64,000 nucleotides of DNA from Zygnema circumcarinatum SAG 698-1b (lineage: Eukaryota > Plantae > Zygnematophyceae). The position numbers and the translations under genes were made by a program. Numbering within the stretch: position 1 is the first letter of the stretch; each line of letters opens with the position of its first letter. The stretch spans positions 3,918,829 through 3,982,828 of the forward strand of contig CM074807.1 of the NCBI GenBank assembly GCA_037447605.1, in the 5' to 3' direction. The notes beneath the pieces are model-generated. The model was not told the DNA's origin. It searched no databases and saw only the letters and a program-made list of their open reading frames with translations. Shown piece by piece: positions 44,332-57,103 of this stretch.

Positions 44332-46102
44332 ATGCATGCCCTCCAAGAGAGAGCAGCAGGATGCCATTCCATGGCGGCTGCAGCGAGTGAAGGTCCACAG
44401 GGCCTGCACAGCTTCTCCCGCCAATGGAAGACACCTCTCTTCCCTTCCTCCGTTCGCTGCATCTCGTCTTCTCTGCAATTGCCTTCCGAACGTCAAAAAG
44501 AGAATGGAGAGGTCAGTCGATTGGCTGACCTAAAACTCATCGTTACCCCGAGTCATGGAGGACCGTGCTTCGCTGCAAAATGAGGAGAGAGAGTGTCTTT
44601 GTCAAGTTAAGATTTTTGGAGGTGGGTTTCGCAGGCCTCTCGCAGGGACGGAGTAATGCGTCAAGAGGAGGACCCATTTGATACTATAACTGATCGCATT
44701 CCGGAGCCCCCTGTCACAGTGGCAGAGGCGGGCTCATACACTATCGTCATTCTTGCAGGTCTTGCTATTGCGGGAGCAGCTGCCGTTGCAGTCGTACGAG
44801 AGCTGCTGCTGCAACCACAGGAGTGAGTCTGAACTGTCCCTTAGCCTTAGGCCATGCATTGCCTACATAGTCTGCGGAACAACAGGATTGATTTCGGTAG
44901 CAGAATTTGTAGTACAGGTCTTTTATAGTCATTTAGAGGCTGTCGAAGATTCGTATCCTTTACCGGACTGTGTCTTGGAAGGCATGCTTTTGGGGACTGT
45001 GTGTTCCTTACCGTGCATGGTTGCCCCCCCACCCCTCTCCCACCTTTTGCAGGTATGAGGTTTTTGGAAAGGCTCTCGAGAGGGTTCAGAACGATAATAG
45101 GGTGAGCAATTTCAACTTCTTTAAAAAATACGAAAACAGCTTTCTCGGTTTCTTTACAACAAAGTAGAGAGTATTTCGTCATCCGCCCCTTTCCTTGTGT
45201 GCGCCTTTTGAGAGCTATTTTGTAGGCGCTCTCTTCTCCCCCGAAATAAGTAAGACGGCTTTTCAGGGTCCATGGCTGACTTCACTTTTTTCTTCTTCAG
45301 GTGACAGTACGATTGGGTCACCCCATCACAGGCTATGGACAGGAGAGTCGGAATCGCGGGGCTCGACAGCGGATCAGCAATCGAATTTGGAAAGATGAGG
45401 ATGGGGTGGAGCATATTCAGGTGCTGCCATTGGACTTCCACCAACCCGCCCTCCCTCCTCCGCCCTCCTCCTCCTCCTCCTCCTTCTCCTTCTCCTCCCT
45501 CCTCCTCCTCCTCCTCCTCCTTCTCCCTCCTCCTCCTCCTCCTCCTCCTCCTCCTTCCCCTCCTCTCCTTCCCCTCCTCTCCTTCCCCTCCTCCTCCTCC
45601 TCCNNNNNNNNNNCCTCCTCCTCTTCCTCCTCCTCCTCCTCCTCCCCTCCCTCCTCCTCCTTCCCCTCCTCCTCCTCCTCCTTCCCTCATAATGCTAACA
45701 TGCAACGTCTAATGCCTATATTTCATGAACGCAACCATGCCTTCTTTGGGCCCTCCTTAGCTGTATTACTCAGTTTGGTCAAGCCGAGCTTCTACATGTT
45801 TTCTGAGCTCCTAAAGGATATATTAGTCAGGTTGCTCAGACTGAGCTGCTAAGCTTTGGTCCCATGAGTCCTTTCTCTCATGCTTACCCATCTCGGTCGT
45901 TGTATGCCAACCACCCATATTGCAGGTGCAGTTCCATATAAGAGGGCCCCAAGGGGCAGGAATCGTGAGGTGTGAGATGTTCCGCGACAAGGAGGAGAAG
46001 GGGAAGCTCAAGTACACGTACCTCATAGTGGACATCACTTCGCCTGTGCAGACCCGGCTCATGCTCGAGTCCTACATGCCGGCGGTGGCCTTTGGGATGT
46101 AG
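44332..46102 (+). CDS. TIM21: Mitochondrial import inner membrane translocase subunit TIM21-like
   Basis: Exons give [78 protein letters not shown]. Start codon unresolved. Confidence 0.85.
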
Positions 46103-47067
46103 CAGCAGCAGCAGGAAATGAAATTGGGAGAAAACTAGCGGTGGGTTCAAAACTAGCTGAGTTAGTTTCCGGTACATGAAAAAGGGAAGAAGGAAATTTT
46201 CACTGATAAGAGGAGAGGGGAAGGGCAGCTCTAGAAGAGAGAAAGGAGTAGAAATTTTGACATGCTCGTCGGCAATAGCAATAAGGCTATGCGATGGCTT
46301 TCAAAGGCAACTAATCTCCATCACCTTTTCCCGCCTTTCCCAGATTCAGGAGTTCTGTTGGAGTATGTTATAGAGGTTTCTTTTTTCTCTTCCATCCGCC
46401 CCCTCCTGTCTACCAGCTTTTTCATCTCTCAAAAGCGGCTGCTGGATCAGAGTTTCCATCATCTTCTTTTTCTTTTTTTTTTTAACTTTTTCATGTTTTA
46501 ACAGTTCTTTCCTACGACGAGGAAACTTTTCAGTTTTGAGAGATAGCTTTCATGATTTTATTTCTCGTTTCTTCCCTTCTTTAGGCTTGGCATGATTAGC
46601 AATGATGCGGACAGCTGCTTCTGCGACAATTTCAAAGGAACAGAGTGAATACATAGCGCGTATAATTGTCCTTTGATGAAAAGTAAATGCAAAATCGCGT
46701 CCTTCAACCTTATATGGAGGCCAAAATCAGGGAGTTTATTTTTTGAAAATTTAGCCAAGCGTGAGTCTTGACTTCAGATGCTATTTTGAACAAGCTACGG
46801 TGGAACATGCCATCTTCACATCATCACCTTTCAATAAGAGCATAAACAAATCCACGCTGTTCAAATCTTTGAAAATCTTGGCTTGAATCGCCTTCGGTAC
46901 AAAATTTGCTCCTGTCTGCTTGAAACGACTCTGTTGTTACAATGCCCCCCATACAGCCTATGTACAATCATGAACAACTAGGACAATTTTATCCAGCTGT
47001 ATCATGGTCGCCTGGAGCCTTCTCACACAAGGTTTGAATCTGTACACATTCCAGTCGATATTCACGT

Positions 47068-48313
47068 TCACATGTGGAAAAGGGCACGGCCAAGGAAGTT
47101 TTCGGTAATGAGGATGCCGGCAAATCCCACCATGGCCAGCCGTCCATTCCAGCGCTCAGCCTTTGCAGTGAAAGGGCCGTTCCTACAAGCCAATGGAACA
47201 CGTTTATATTATTCAAAGGAGCATTTTTACCAAGCTCATTGAGAAGCAAAAAGCAAGAAAGGCCAGTTTCACCATATCCCAGGCATGCAATTTACCTGCG
47301 GCTGTCAGGAGACTCTCCGTTAAAGATAGGCACGAGTGATGCGAAAATGAGGATTTGGGTACTAGCCAGCAGCCAAAAGAGGCCCGGGCTGCCTGGATAG
47401 TTAACCTGGTCGACAACGCGCTGTCCTGAAATGATCTCTGAAACGACTGCCCACGCGCATCCGAGCATGGCCTGGGAGCAAAATCATAAGAAGAAATTAC
47501 TTTTAGCTTCCAAAGCAATGGACAAATGGACAGATTGTCAGCACCAGTATAACTTTATGCTAGGGTAAATGCCTCTGGTTACAGCAAGGAACACAAAATT
47601 TCAAAAGGTTCGAAGCATTTCTCATTGTCAGACCAGAGCTTTTACAAGCTGGCGTCATTAGATGTGTATTGCAATGCCAACAGTTCAGCACGCTATACCA
47701 TACCAGGCGTCCGTTAATAGTCTCTGGTCCAGGACCGTCAAAGGCCATGATGCTGCCAAACGAGGTGTTGCCAAGCTCCGGCCTGCGATCAACCTCAGCT
47801 CGTGGGAAGGTTGATCCACTCGTGGGAACAGCTCCAAAGACAGACTGCTTCTCACTTGTGTTGCGTTCCTGGTTTTCCTGAACACTTTCACGGGTGATAG
47901 GCACCTTTGTGCGATCAACAGCATCCTTCACCTGAACAGAATAGCAAGACGGGGGTTCGTTAGTGTTTGCACATGCATGTAATCTGGTTGTACTACAAAC
48001 ATAGAAGGACGCTGACAAAATGACTGGACACGTTTGAGTCACGTTGCTAACATCATTTTGTGGCAATGTTTCTACCTAAAACAAGGCCGCCAAAGCACAC
48101 AAACCACAGCGCCATCACTCTGCAACTCCTTACCGACGAGAGGCGATCGTCATTGTCCGCCTGGCAAACGACCAGACCCCTGCGTCCCGCTTTCAGCGCT
48201 ACACGCCGCGCGTCCACTGTGCGTGAAAGAGAACGACGCGCCGGCAACGGCGAGAAAGCCACGCCGCAAGGAGAAATGGTGGTCGCCGAGAGCATGCTTG
48301 CCGCTGCTGCCAT
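47068..48313 (-). CDS. ELIP: Early light-induced protein (three-helix LHC-like), chloroplast
   Basis: Exons 48313-48134, 47931-47704, 47471-47296, 47182-47068; transit peptide, AFDGPGPETINGRLAMLG and AERWNGRLAMVGF motifs. Confidence 0.92.
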
Positions 48314-48564
48314 CCTGCCTATTGACAATACTTAAAAATCTGCTTGCCTGCGTCTGCTCCTGCTCCTGCAAAAATGCTGCTGCTCTCCTTCCAAGAAAAG
48401 TGTCTCTGTCTGAGAGAGGCGGCAGCAAGAGATTTGAAGATCCTTGCAAGCAAAAAAATTGTAACTTTCAAAACTTGCTACCGCTCAAATGGAGGATCCG
48501 CGTTTTATATGTCAGAGCCTGGCGGGGCCGTACAAAGGGTGGCTACGTAGGAGGGCGGAGGGGC

Positions 48565-48782
48565 TGCCACGTTGATGACTACGTGGCAAGCGAATGGAGC
48601 TGAGCGCTGACATGGCGACATGCGGCCAATCAGGTGTGTGCAGGAAAGCGAGCCGCAGCTCTCTCGAGCCGCCACGTGGCACTGTTCGGCAGTTTGGTTT
48701 TCGAGGGATGGCGTTTTTTACGACAGACCGGCCACGTGGCAGGCTGAATCAGCATCGGACGGCTCAGAGACTGCCAGGTGGC
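48565..48782. promoter_or_regulatory. G-box/ABRE cluster in the ELIP-BTA1 divergent promoter
   Basis: GCCACGTGGC at 48671 and 48731, TACGTGGC at 48579, variant GCCAGGTGGC at 48773. Confidence 0.65.
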
Positions 48783-48957
48783 ACGCTCTCGCTCTTGCCC
48801 CCTTCGGACGATGTGGAGGGCTCACAGGACGACAGCGAGGCATATGCGATTTTTTTTTTTTTTTTGTGAAGGGGGAAATTATGTTCTATGCTGTGTTAAA
48901 CTGGCGCTAGTTTAGCAGTTGTGACACTGACACATCATGTGTCGCAGATATCTATGG

Positions 48958-49014
48958 GTACCGTACAGTACAGTTTTGTACGGCCACCAAGAGGACCACT
49001 GTACGGTATTGTAC
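48958..49014. promoter_or_regulatory. GTAC cluster (SBP-box/CuRE-type cores)
   Basis: Six GTAC cores in 57 bp (48958, 48963, 48968, 48978, 49001, 49011). Confidence 0.45.
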
Positions 49015-49685
49015 CAAAGTCAAGATCCTCTCTCTGCCTGTAAACAAACACTGGTCCTGAAACCTAGCCTTCCCCCAACCTCGAACGCACGATCTTCCAA
49101 CCGAGCAATTCTGCACCGTCCGCTCGGCCTGAACCCCCCCGCTTCTCCGTACAGAAATTTATCGATTTCCTCCAGTCCAAAATCCCTAGATTCCCTCTTT
49201 TTCCCTCCCGAGATTCTTCCAAGATTCTTGGCCTCTCCCGCCGCCGCCGCCCACCCGCCCGGGGTTCAGCCTCCCTCGTGCGAGTGCTTACGTGAACCAA
49301 CCAGATCGTTTCATTGGTCCACGCTGGCCAAAGACCGCATATGATTGGCGCCGCTTTTCGTGCAGCCAATCAAAGCCTCCCTTTTTGCCACGCAGGACTC
49401 TCGCTTTTGTTGTTCCAGAAAGCCTGCAAGTGAAACTATTTGAAACTCGAGCATTATCCAATAGAAAAACGCCACGTGTAAATTATGGATACGTGGTGTG
49501 CCACCATTGGGCGATCGTCGTGTAAGCAGGTCTCAAAGGAGGAGGGTCGCAGGTGGGAGGTACCGGCAGCTGCTGCTGCTGCAGCCGCCATAGCCAGCCG
49601 CCTCTGAAGGTCCGCAAGGAGGAGCATATGTTCGGTTGGAGGCCAGCTTTCTAAGGAAGCGGAGGCTTGCAGGAAGGCAGCCGCC

Positions 49686-52600
49686 ATGGTGATGGGCCTC
49701 AATGTGGTGCGGGGCGTGGCCCAGGACATGCAGTGCCTCTCCTCGCTGTGGTTCAAGAAGATCAAGGGGACCTCGCACAAAGAGCGCCTGGAGTCTTTCT
49801 ACGGACCTCAAGCTCATGCTTGTAAGGCACATTGAGGGTCCAGCACTGCTTGGATGGGATGGATGAAAGAGGATCTGTTGTAGGTGTTTGTTGGATCTGA
49901 ATCTGATTTGTTTCTCCAGCACCTGGAAATCTAAACGCATAGGATCTGAGTCCTGCGCAGATGACAGGTTCCGGAAGGATTTTCTGCACGGAAGGAGGCC
50001 CATGCTTGCAGCCTGCGCAGCGCGGCTCCGAGGATCATCAGGGCTTGTGTGGGTGGATCTTGGAGGGGGAACAGCTGAGAACGTAGACATGATGTCAGAA
50101 TACATAGATCTTAGTTCTTTTGACAAGATTTATGTTGTTGATATTACTCCCTCCCTTTGCGAAGTCGCTCGGAAGAAAGTTCATCTCCGTGGGTGGAAGA
50201 ATGTAGTCATAGTCGAAGGTGACGCGTGTACCTTTAAACCGAAGGAGATGGCGAATCTGGTTACCTTTTCTTATTCTTTATCAAGTAAGTCATACGACAG
50301 GGCAAAACGATTTTTTGGATGGCTAAAACAGTCCAGTTCAGCTTATGAAATGCAGCATTTGTCCAAGGAAGGCCGATGGGTGTTTTGTCTGCGATCTTCC
50401 TTTACTTGCTCTGGAGATGGTTAAAGGTGCCATTTTGCCTCATATTTCGTTTGCAACTTTTTGGTTGCTGCCCTGCAGTGATCCCCCCATTCATGGATGC
50501 CGTCGACGCTGGTATTTCTTACCTGGATGAAGATGGCATCCTCGGAATTGCTGACTTCTTCACATCCTCAAAGTTTGATCTTCCAAACCGGCAACACACT
50601 TACTCGCAGCGATGGTTTTGGAGATCAGTATTTGATTTTGATGGCATTGATCTGGGCCCTGAAAGGCGCCAATACTTGGAGCATAAGTTGGAGCCGGGTA
50701 AGTACTAATCAAGTTTGGTTCGAGAAATTATCTGATGTACAAAATCCAGCTAAGGCATTGGTATCTCAGTTTAGAGTGCGGCTTGGGGAATTTTATTTGT
50801 TTTTGGCAGTTGGCGGTTTTTGTGGAGGCTTTCTGGCTTGCTCAGTAGTTGCGCCTTTGATTTTAGCAACGATTTTTTCCTGTGTATTAACGTCGTCGTA
50901 TTGCAGGTTGGCTGTTTGCCCTTCTTAAAAAGTTCCAATTATTTCCTTCACACAGACTCTAATTTCATCAATGCACGGCAGCTGAACTTTACCAAAACAT
51001 TGAATGCTGCGCAGTTTACGAGTACAATGGAAGGGGTAAAATTCCATATGTTCCGTATCTTCGTGCACCGTTCTACATTTGGATTGGTCGGCACCGGGGC
51101 AACACCAGTAAGGAAATAAAGTGACCCTTCTTCTTGAAAGGATTCGGCTGCTTGTTGGATTAATGCCCTTGGGGCCGTTAAATCGTTACGCTTGCCTTTT
51201 TTTGGTCATTGTCTTTAGCTATGATCATCAATTTTGAGATGCTGTATGTTCCTACATTTACCTGACTTAGCTGTAACGCCTGTCTTCAGAAATTGATATA
51301 ACACGCTTTCCATCTCGAGCTTCGGATGAATTCGACTACAAACGACCTCCTGGATTTCCACCCACATTCTTATATTCCCTTTCATGGGAGGACCCTCGCG
51401 AAGATGACAAAGTTTTGGATGTGAATGAAAAAGACACAATTCTCACTCTTACATCTGGTGGCTGTAATGCCCTAGATCTTGTCTTGCAGGTCCGCTATTC
51501 TGGCCCAGACCTAGAGAAAGTCGAAGCTATCATTGAGGGAGGGCGTTTTGCACCGTATTTTCTTGCTTCCTTCGCATGTCTTGATTTCTACAGTGCTGTT
51601 TGTCGCTTCACATCCAAGTGTACCGTGGTTGCATCATTATCGTTGCCACGGTGTGCTGAGATGATATGTTCATCTGTTTGTGTTGAGAACGGGAACGAAG
51701 GGACGGGATGTGGTTGACAGGGAGCTGGCCAAGTTGTTGGAGTGGATATCAACCCTGCACAGAGCTACCTCCTCGAACTAAAGCGGGCAGCAGTCATGAG
51801 GTATAGCCGACTTCCCTTCCTCGCTATGCCAATTTTGTGAGCTCGTTCCATCTTGTTCATTCAGCACCAAACTCCCCTTTTTCTTTTCCTCGTTGCAAAT
51901 AACTACAGGAAGTGGTGAAGCGGAATTTTGAATAGTGTTAATGCCTTTTCCCATAGACGGACATTCCAGCAAAGGCATTTGCTGTGTATAAGGCTGGCAG
52001 AAAGATTTTGGACTAATTGCTCAACAGTGTACTTGTTTTGGTCTTGCAGACTTCCATATGACGATGTGTGGCAGATGTTTGGTGAGGGCACTCATTCGAA
52101 CTTTCCCAAGCTGCTGGAAAGGGAGCTAGGCCCTTTCTTGAGTCAGGGAGCTGTCAACTTCTGGTGTGTACCTGACGATTGAGATTGTTTTACGCATCAA
52201 GCTCATAAAAGCAGTGAAATGAAAGTTTTAAGGACTTGCCCAAAGAAGATGAAGTACATCTGAAAACTGAAAACCAGAATTTTAGCGGTGCCTTTGCTAC
52301 GGATGCATTTGCACATGATCTGAAGTTGTGCTCTATAATTTTGGACGAAGTGAATATATTATTCGAAAATACTGGTTCAGTTATATCTGCCGAACAAGGA
52401 GCAGATATGGAACTGGGTTTTGTATTCAAGTCTTTGGCCTTCGGCCATTTAACTATGCCATCTCGCCGTCTGCTTTTGCAGGAGACAAAAATCCTACTAC
52501 TTCAAGAACGGCATCTACTACCATGGTCAGTTAGCTAGCCATGATTTGTTTTACTTCAAGTTAGGAGGCAGCGCCGTGCAAAAATGCGATTCCTCTTTGA

Positions 52601-55600
52601 GCTGCATTTGAAGACCGGAGAGCTTCCAGAAATCGCCTGTAGTTGATTTCAATTGAGGCCAATTTTAGTTGACGAAATCTTTTGAAAATGAAGGCCTTAT
52701 TTTTTACCTTCGGGGTGTCCGATCTCAGGTGGTATGGGGAGACTTGTGAGAGCGGTGCGCTTCCTTGCAAGGATCACTCGCTCACAAAAGCTGATTGCTG
52801 ATCTTGTGAATGCGGAGACAATGGAGGCGCAGTATGAAATCTGGTGAGAATGGACTAAATTTACCAGGACAAAATGGCTTTGAATAAGCAAGCAATATAC
52901 AGTAAAATGGCTAGTGAAAATTCCTCGCTGGCTTTCGTGCAGTGGAACTATACAACAATCAGCCTATTTAGTATCACAAGAGACAATCGAGACAATCGTC
53001 ATCCTGTTTCATCCACCAGCCTTTTTCCTTTTTTTGAACCATAGCCCATTCCTCTTTTCAATCCAATGTTTTACTTGAAAGTGGCTTAAGCATTTTTCGT
53101 TCTCACTGCTCTATCAGTGGTGGGCCACCAGCAATTACAATTTTAGGGTATAGGAAGATGCTTTTCCGAAATTAATATCTGGGGATTCAAATCCATACGC
53201 CTGAAACTTTCTCTTGGGAGCATCACTTGACGTCCTGCCTTCCATGAAACCTGTGAGCAGTGCAAAGCACAAAGAGGGAAAACAACCCAAGTAAACAACT
53301 CCAACAGTATTCTCGTAGGTCTCCCTCTGCCTCGGAACTGCTCAATGATGGCTTGTTTCTTGGTCTGAGTATGGCAGGACACGCGCTGCTGGTCGGTGGT
53401 TGACAAAGGGAGGTATTCTTGCGCGAGTTTTTGGGTTTTTATTCACCAATCCCATCGTTCTCTGGTTCTGTGCGGGCATTGCAAAGGGCCAGCTCGGCCT
53501 TATTCGCAAGGAAGACAACATATACAGGTGACAGTTCTTTTTACCCAACTTGCTGCTCTCTGAGCATGCTATTTGACATGGAGTGGTAGATTCGCATCAA
53601 TCCAGTTCATCCTTGCTGCGCTGGTTTGTCAGTCTGGGTCGGGATTGGAGGGTAAATGCAAGCTTAAATCCGTTCAAAGTTTGGAGAAATTGTAGAACCT
53701 TTAAAGAGCCTAGTGCTTTGGCGGTACTGTGTGGGAGGGCAGATATGTGGTGCGCTCCCTTGACTCCACCGCCAAGAACACGCACTTGAGGGATGAGTAA
53801 GTTCATTCCCGAATTCAATTCGACTTTCTGCTTTGCTCGGGGTTGCTTAAGAACAAAATTCTTGAGGGCGGAAGTGATGATAGGAAGCCCAAGTATCAGG
53901 GATATGCAGGAAAATGGCTATGAGGCTAGCAGCAGATTCTCACATGTACGGAAAGTTCCTGCCGAGAAGTCCTTAACTTGAAGCTGTAAATTAGTCAACA
54001 GGAGCATAGCTTGCTTCAGGTTAGAAGCAACACCTTAAGAAAGGCGGTTAAAAGTCGCCTAATCTCTTACAGCCAGTTTACAGTGGCAACATGTAGAATA
54101 GGGCTTTCACGCATAAGTGTAAGTACTATAGTGGCTTATTGTACACATATTCGCTTGATCCTCCGTTTGTTGCAGCAACTACTTCTATCGCCTCTGCTTG
54201 ACCGGAAAGTTCTCACATAACTGCTGCCCTCGATTTTTGGATGAAAAGTACTTCGACAAGCTGAAGGTGGGAGCTGCACCTCCTCTTTTTCACCATAAGC
54301 ACCTCTCTATCCTGTGCAAAGTTGCTGGATGATTGGGAGGATTGGAATTCGAGAAATAGACCTACAGTCAGCCAGTGAGTATGTTCCTTAAACTTTTACT
54401 GGAATTAGTGATGAAGAGAATTAACTCAGTTAAAAGTGGTCTTCGGCTGCTTCGCGTATGCAGGTGGAGCTGGCAGCTGCTCCCAGAATGATCATTTCTA
54501 CGAGTTTCTTCGTTGATGAGTTAATGAAGCGAAAGTACACTAAGGTAAAGAAGCAGCAAGCTCCATTCAGCTATCCCTCTTTCTCGAATGATGTCCCTCT
54601 AGCGGTTTTCTTCCATCAGTTACATTGACCTTCGCTCAGCAGTTATGCGGCTTTCCCTCATCCTGAGTAACCATGAATCACTGAGCGCAGTTTGCAATTT
54701 GATCCATGTGCTCTACGGAAACCCTAAAAACTCCGAGTGCCATAATTTGAACAAGTTAGGACCCAAGAAGTTTTTCTCTGTGAATGCCTGAAAATTGCTG
54801 TGTCGTTATTGGGTTTCTGCAGGTTATTTTGATGGACCATGTGGACTGGCTGGGTCAACGGGACATCGATTCGCTCTGCAATGCTCTCAAAGAGCAAGTG
54901 CTGGTGAGCTGCGTGGCCCTACCTACACTTAGGTCAGGTAGTCAGATGAATGAATTGAAGGATGTTGACGGGGGGGAGTAAGGGTTAAATGTCGGCAATT
55001 GTAATCACGAAAGGGAGATTCTGCTGATCTGCTCACTGTTGGTGGCCGTTCCACGCCTGGTCGTTAGCCCTTGTACTGAGAAGAGCAAGAGGGATGCGTG
55101 TTTGTACGTGAACTCACGTTCAAGCCAGACTTTGGGTTGTAGCACTTTCACTTCAGGCCAATCGTAAATTCTTCAAAGGAGGCAACATGGTTGGGATCAA
55201 GGCATTTTCAGGAATTAGACTTTCAGTTGATATAGGAAAATGAATACTGGCAACCAGCGTCTCAAGTGTCCAATCTCGTCCAGTCTTTGTGGGTTGAGAG
55301 AGAGCACTGCCCAAAAGCTCCTGCCAATATTTTGCGGGTCAATCATCTACATGTGGGACACAAAGCTCGTGGAAACTGTTCTACCAACCAGAAAACATCA
55401 AGATGTTTGCATTTGATCACTCGGACTGCGACTTAGGAGTTAATATTGACATCCTTTTTTTTTTTTCTCTAGCCTGGTGGCCGCGTCATATGGCGAAGTG
55501 CCTCAAAAACTCCTCACTATGCAAAATGCATTGAGAAGGCCGGCTTTGAAGGTGAGCTCTTACTTGGTGAGGTCTCCAGCTGATGTTACGGGAGAGAGAG

Positions 55601-56095
55601 AAACAGGCGAGTGGGATGCACGTCTGGAAAAACCGAACGACCAGATTGATCCATAAATACAGACTTAGTTATTCGCGGAGATGGGGCATGAAGGGAACTT
55701 TGTGACCTAGATGTCTGAGACTGGAGTAAGAATAGGAATAACAGTCATGAGTGTGTCATATTCGACCTTTTGAAGTGTCTGAACTTTCTGAGGGAGGTTC
55801 GTGATTTCAGCTGTAGGCGGTGCTTGTTGTGTTGTGCAAGAATGTCCGCCTGAGCTGACCCTGTTCTATGTCTTGGAATGCAGTGCATCAAATCCAGTCA
55901 ACAGCAACGACTGTCTACATGGATCGCGTCAACATGTACGCCAGTTTCTATGTTGCGATCCGTGAGGGCGGACCTGCCAATTCCAAGCTTTTCAATGAGC
56001 CACCGGACCCTCTGACCGTGCGCTTCGGGCTCCCCTCCGGCGTACATATGAACGGAAACGGCCACTACGTGAAGGCTCTGGAGAATGGGAACTAA
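49686..56095 (+). CDS. BTA1: Betaine lipid (DGTS) synthase, fused BtaB-BtaA type, multi-exon
   Basis: ERLESFYGPQAHAYD, VWVDLGGGT (SAM methyltransferase), GIADFF, FLYSLSWEDP, LTLTSGGCNAL, VDINPAQSYLLELK, YMDRVNMYASFYVA in the expected order. Confidence 0.93.
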
Positions 56096-57103
56096 GTTAT
56101 TGTATTCTTGGAAGGCCTTAGAACTCTTCGGGACTGCAACTTCAAATTTGAATTTGTCTCGGGAATGTAAAAGGTGGAGTGGGGGATAGGACGTGCCAGT
56201 TTAAGAGTACAGAGAGAAAGTGGGACACAGAGAGAGAGAGAGTAATGTTAAAGAGAGAGTTATGCTATAGAGAGAGAGCAAAATGCTATAAAACGAGTGA
56301 GAGAGAGAAAACGAGTGAGAGAGAGAAAGGGAGCAATGCTAGAGAGCAATGCCTTTTGAAATTGAAGAAATTTATTATTTGTACTTAGATTATTTCAGCG
56401 TTTCTTACTTCGACCTGCCCTCTGACAGAGGGCAAGTCGAACTTTTCACTGTCAGGCCTTTCACCTGCCCGTTGGCTCCATGACATTCGCTGGAAAAAAA
56501 AAAAAGTCCACTTTTTATTGTAGCCGTTTTTTTCGTTTTGAGCTGTGAAGGTGTGTTCCGCAGTTCGCGGGTTTCAAGACCTTTGGATTTGTAATACCAC
56601 GACCTGCAGCCTATGCAATTTCTGGCATATGCCATGTCTGCTCTGCACATGGTCACCTGGATGGTAACTTTCCAGAGAAAGTTAAAGACCCTCAAAATTC
56701 TAAAACTTATCCTTCACTTTTTAACCAATCCAACCCAAACCGAACGAAGCTCGTGCTAAGTAATCAAAACCCATCGGAGCCAAAAGCGGGGAAGAGGAAA
56801 TTTCATTGAACTCAAAAGCCAAAAGAGAGTCAAAAGAGATTGATTGACGTACTTAACCAGCTTTCACTGCCAGATTTCTGAGTCATCCTTGAGTCTGCGG
56901 AATTGTTGTTCAGTACCAAGTCGTAGTCGATGCGTGTGACTTCCCCTCCGGGCGTTAATCCTAAAAACCCAAAAAATTGGGTAAGTCATGGCTGACCACA
57001 TCTTCCACGCTACTGCGTAAGTGACACATCACAGTTCTATGTGCGCCCAAGCCTTCACATGTGCCGCCAACTGCTGCCGCTTATTCCTTCCTTCCCTCCA
57101 TCC

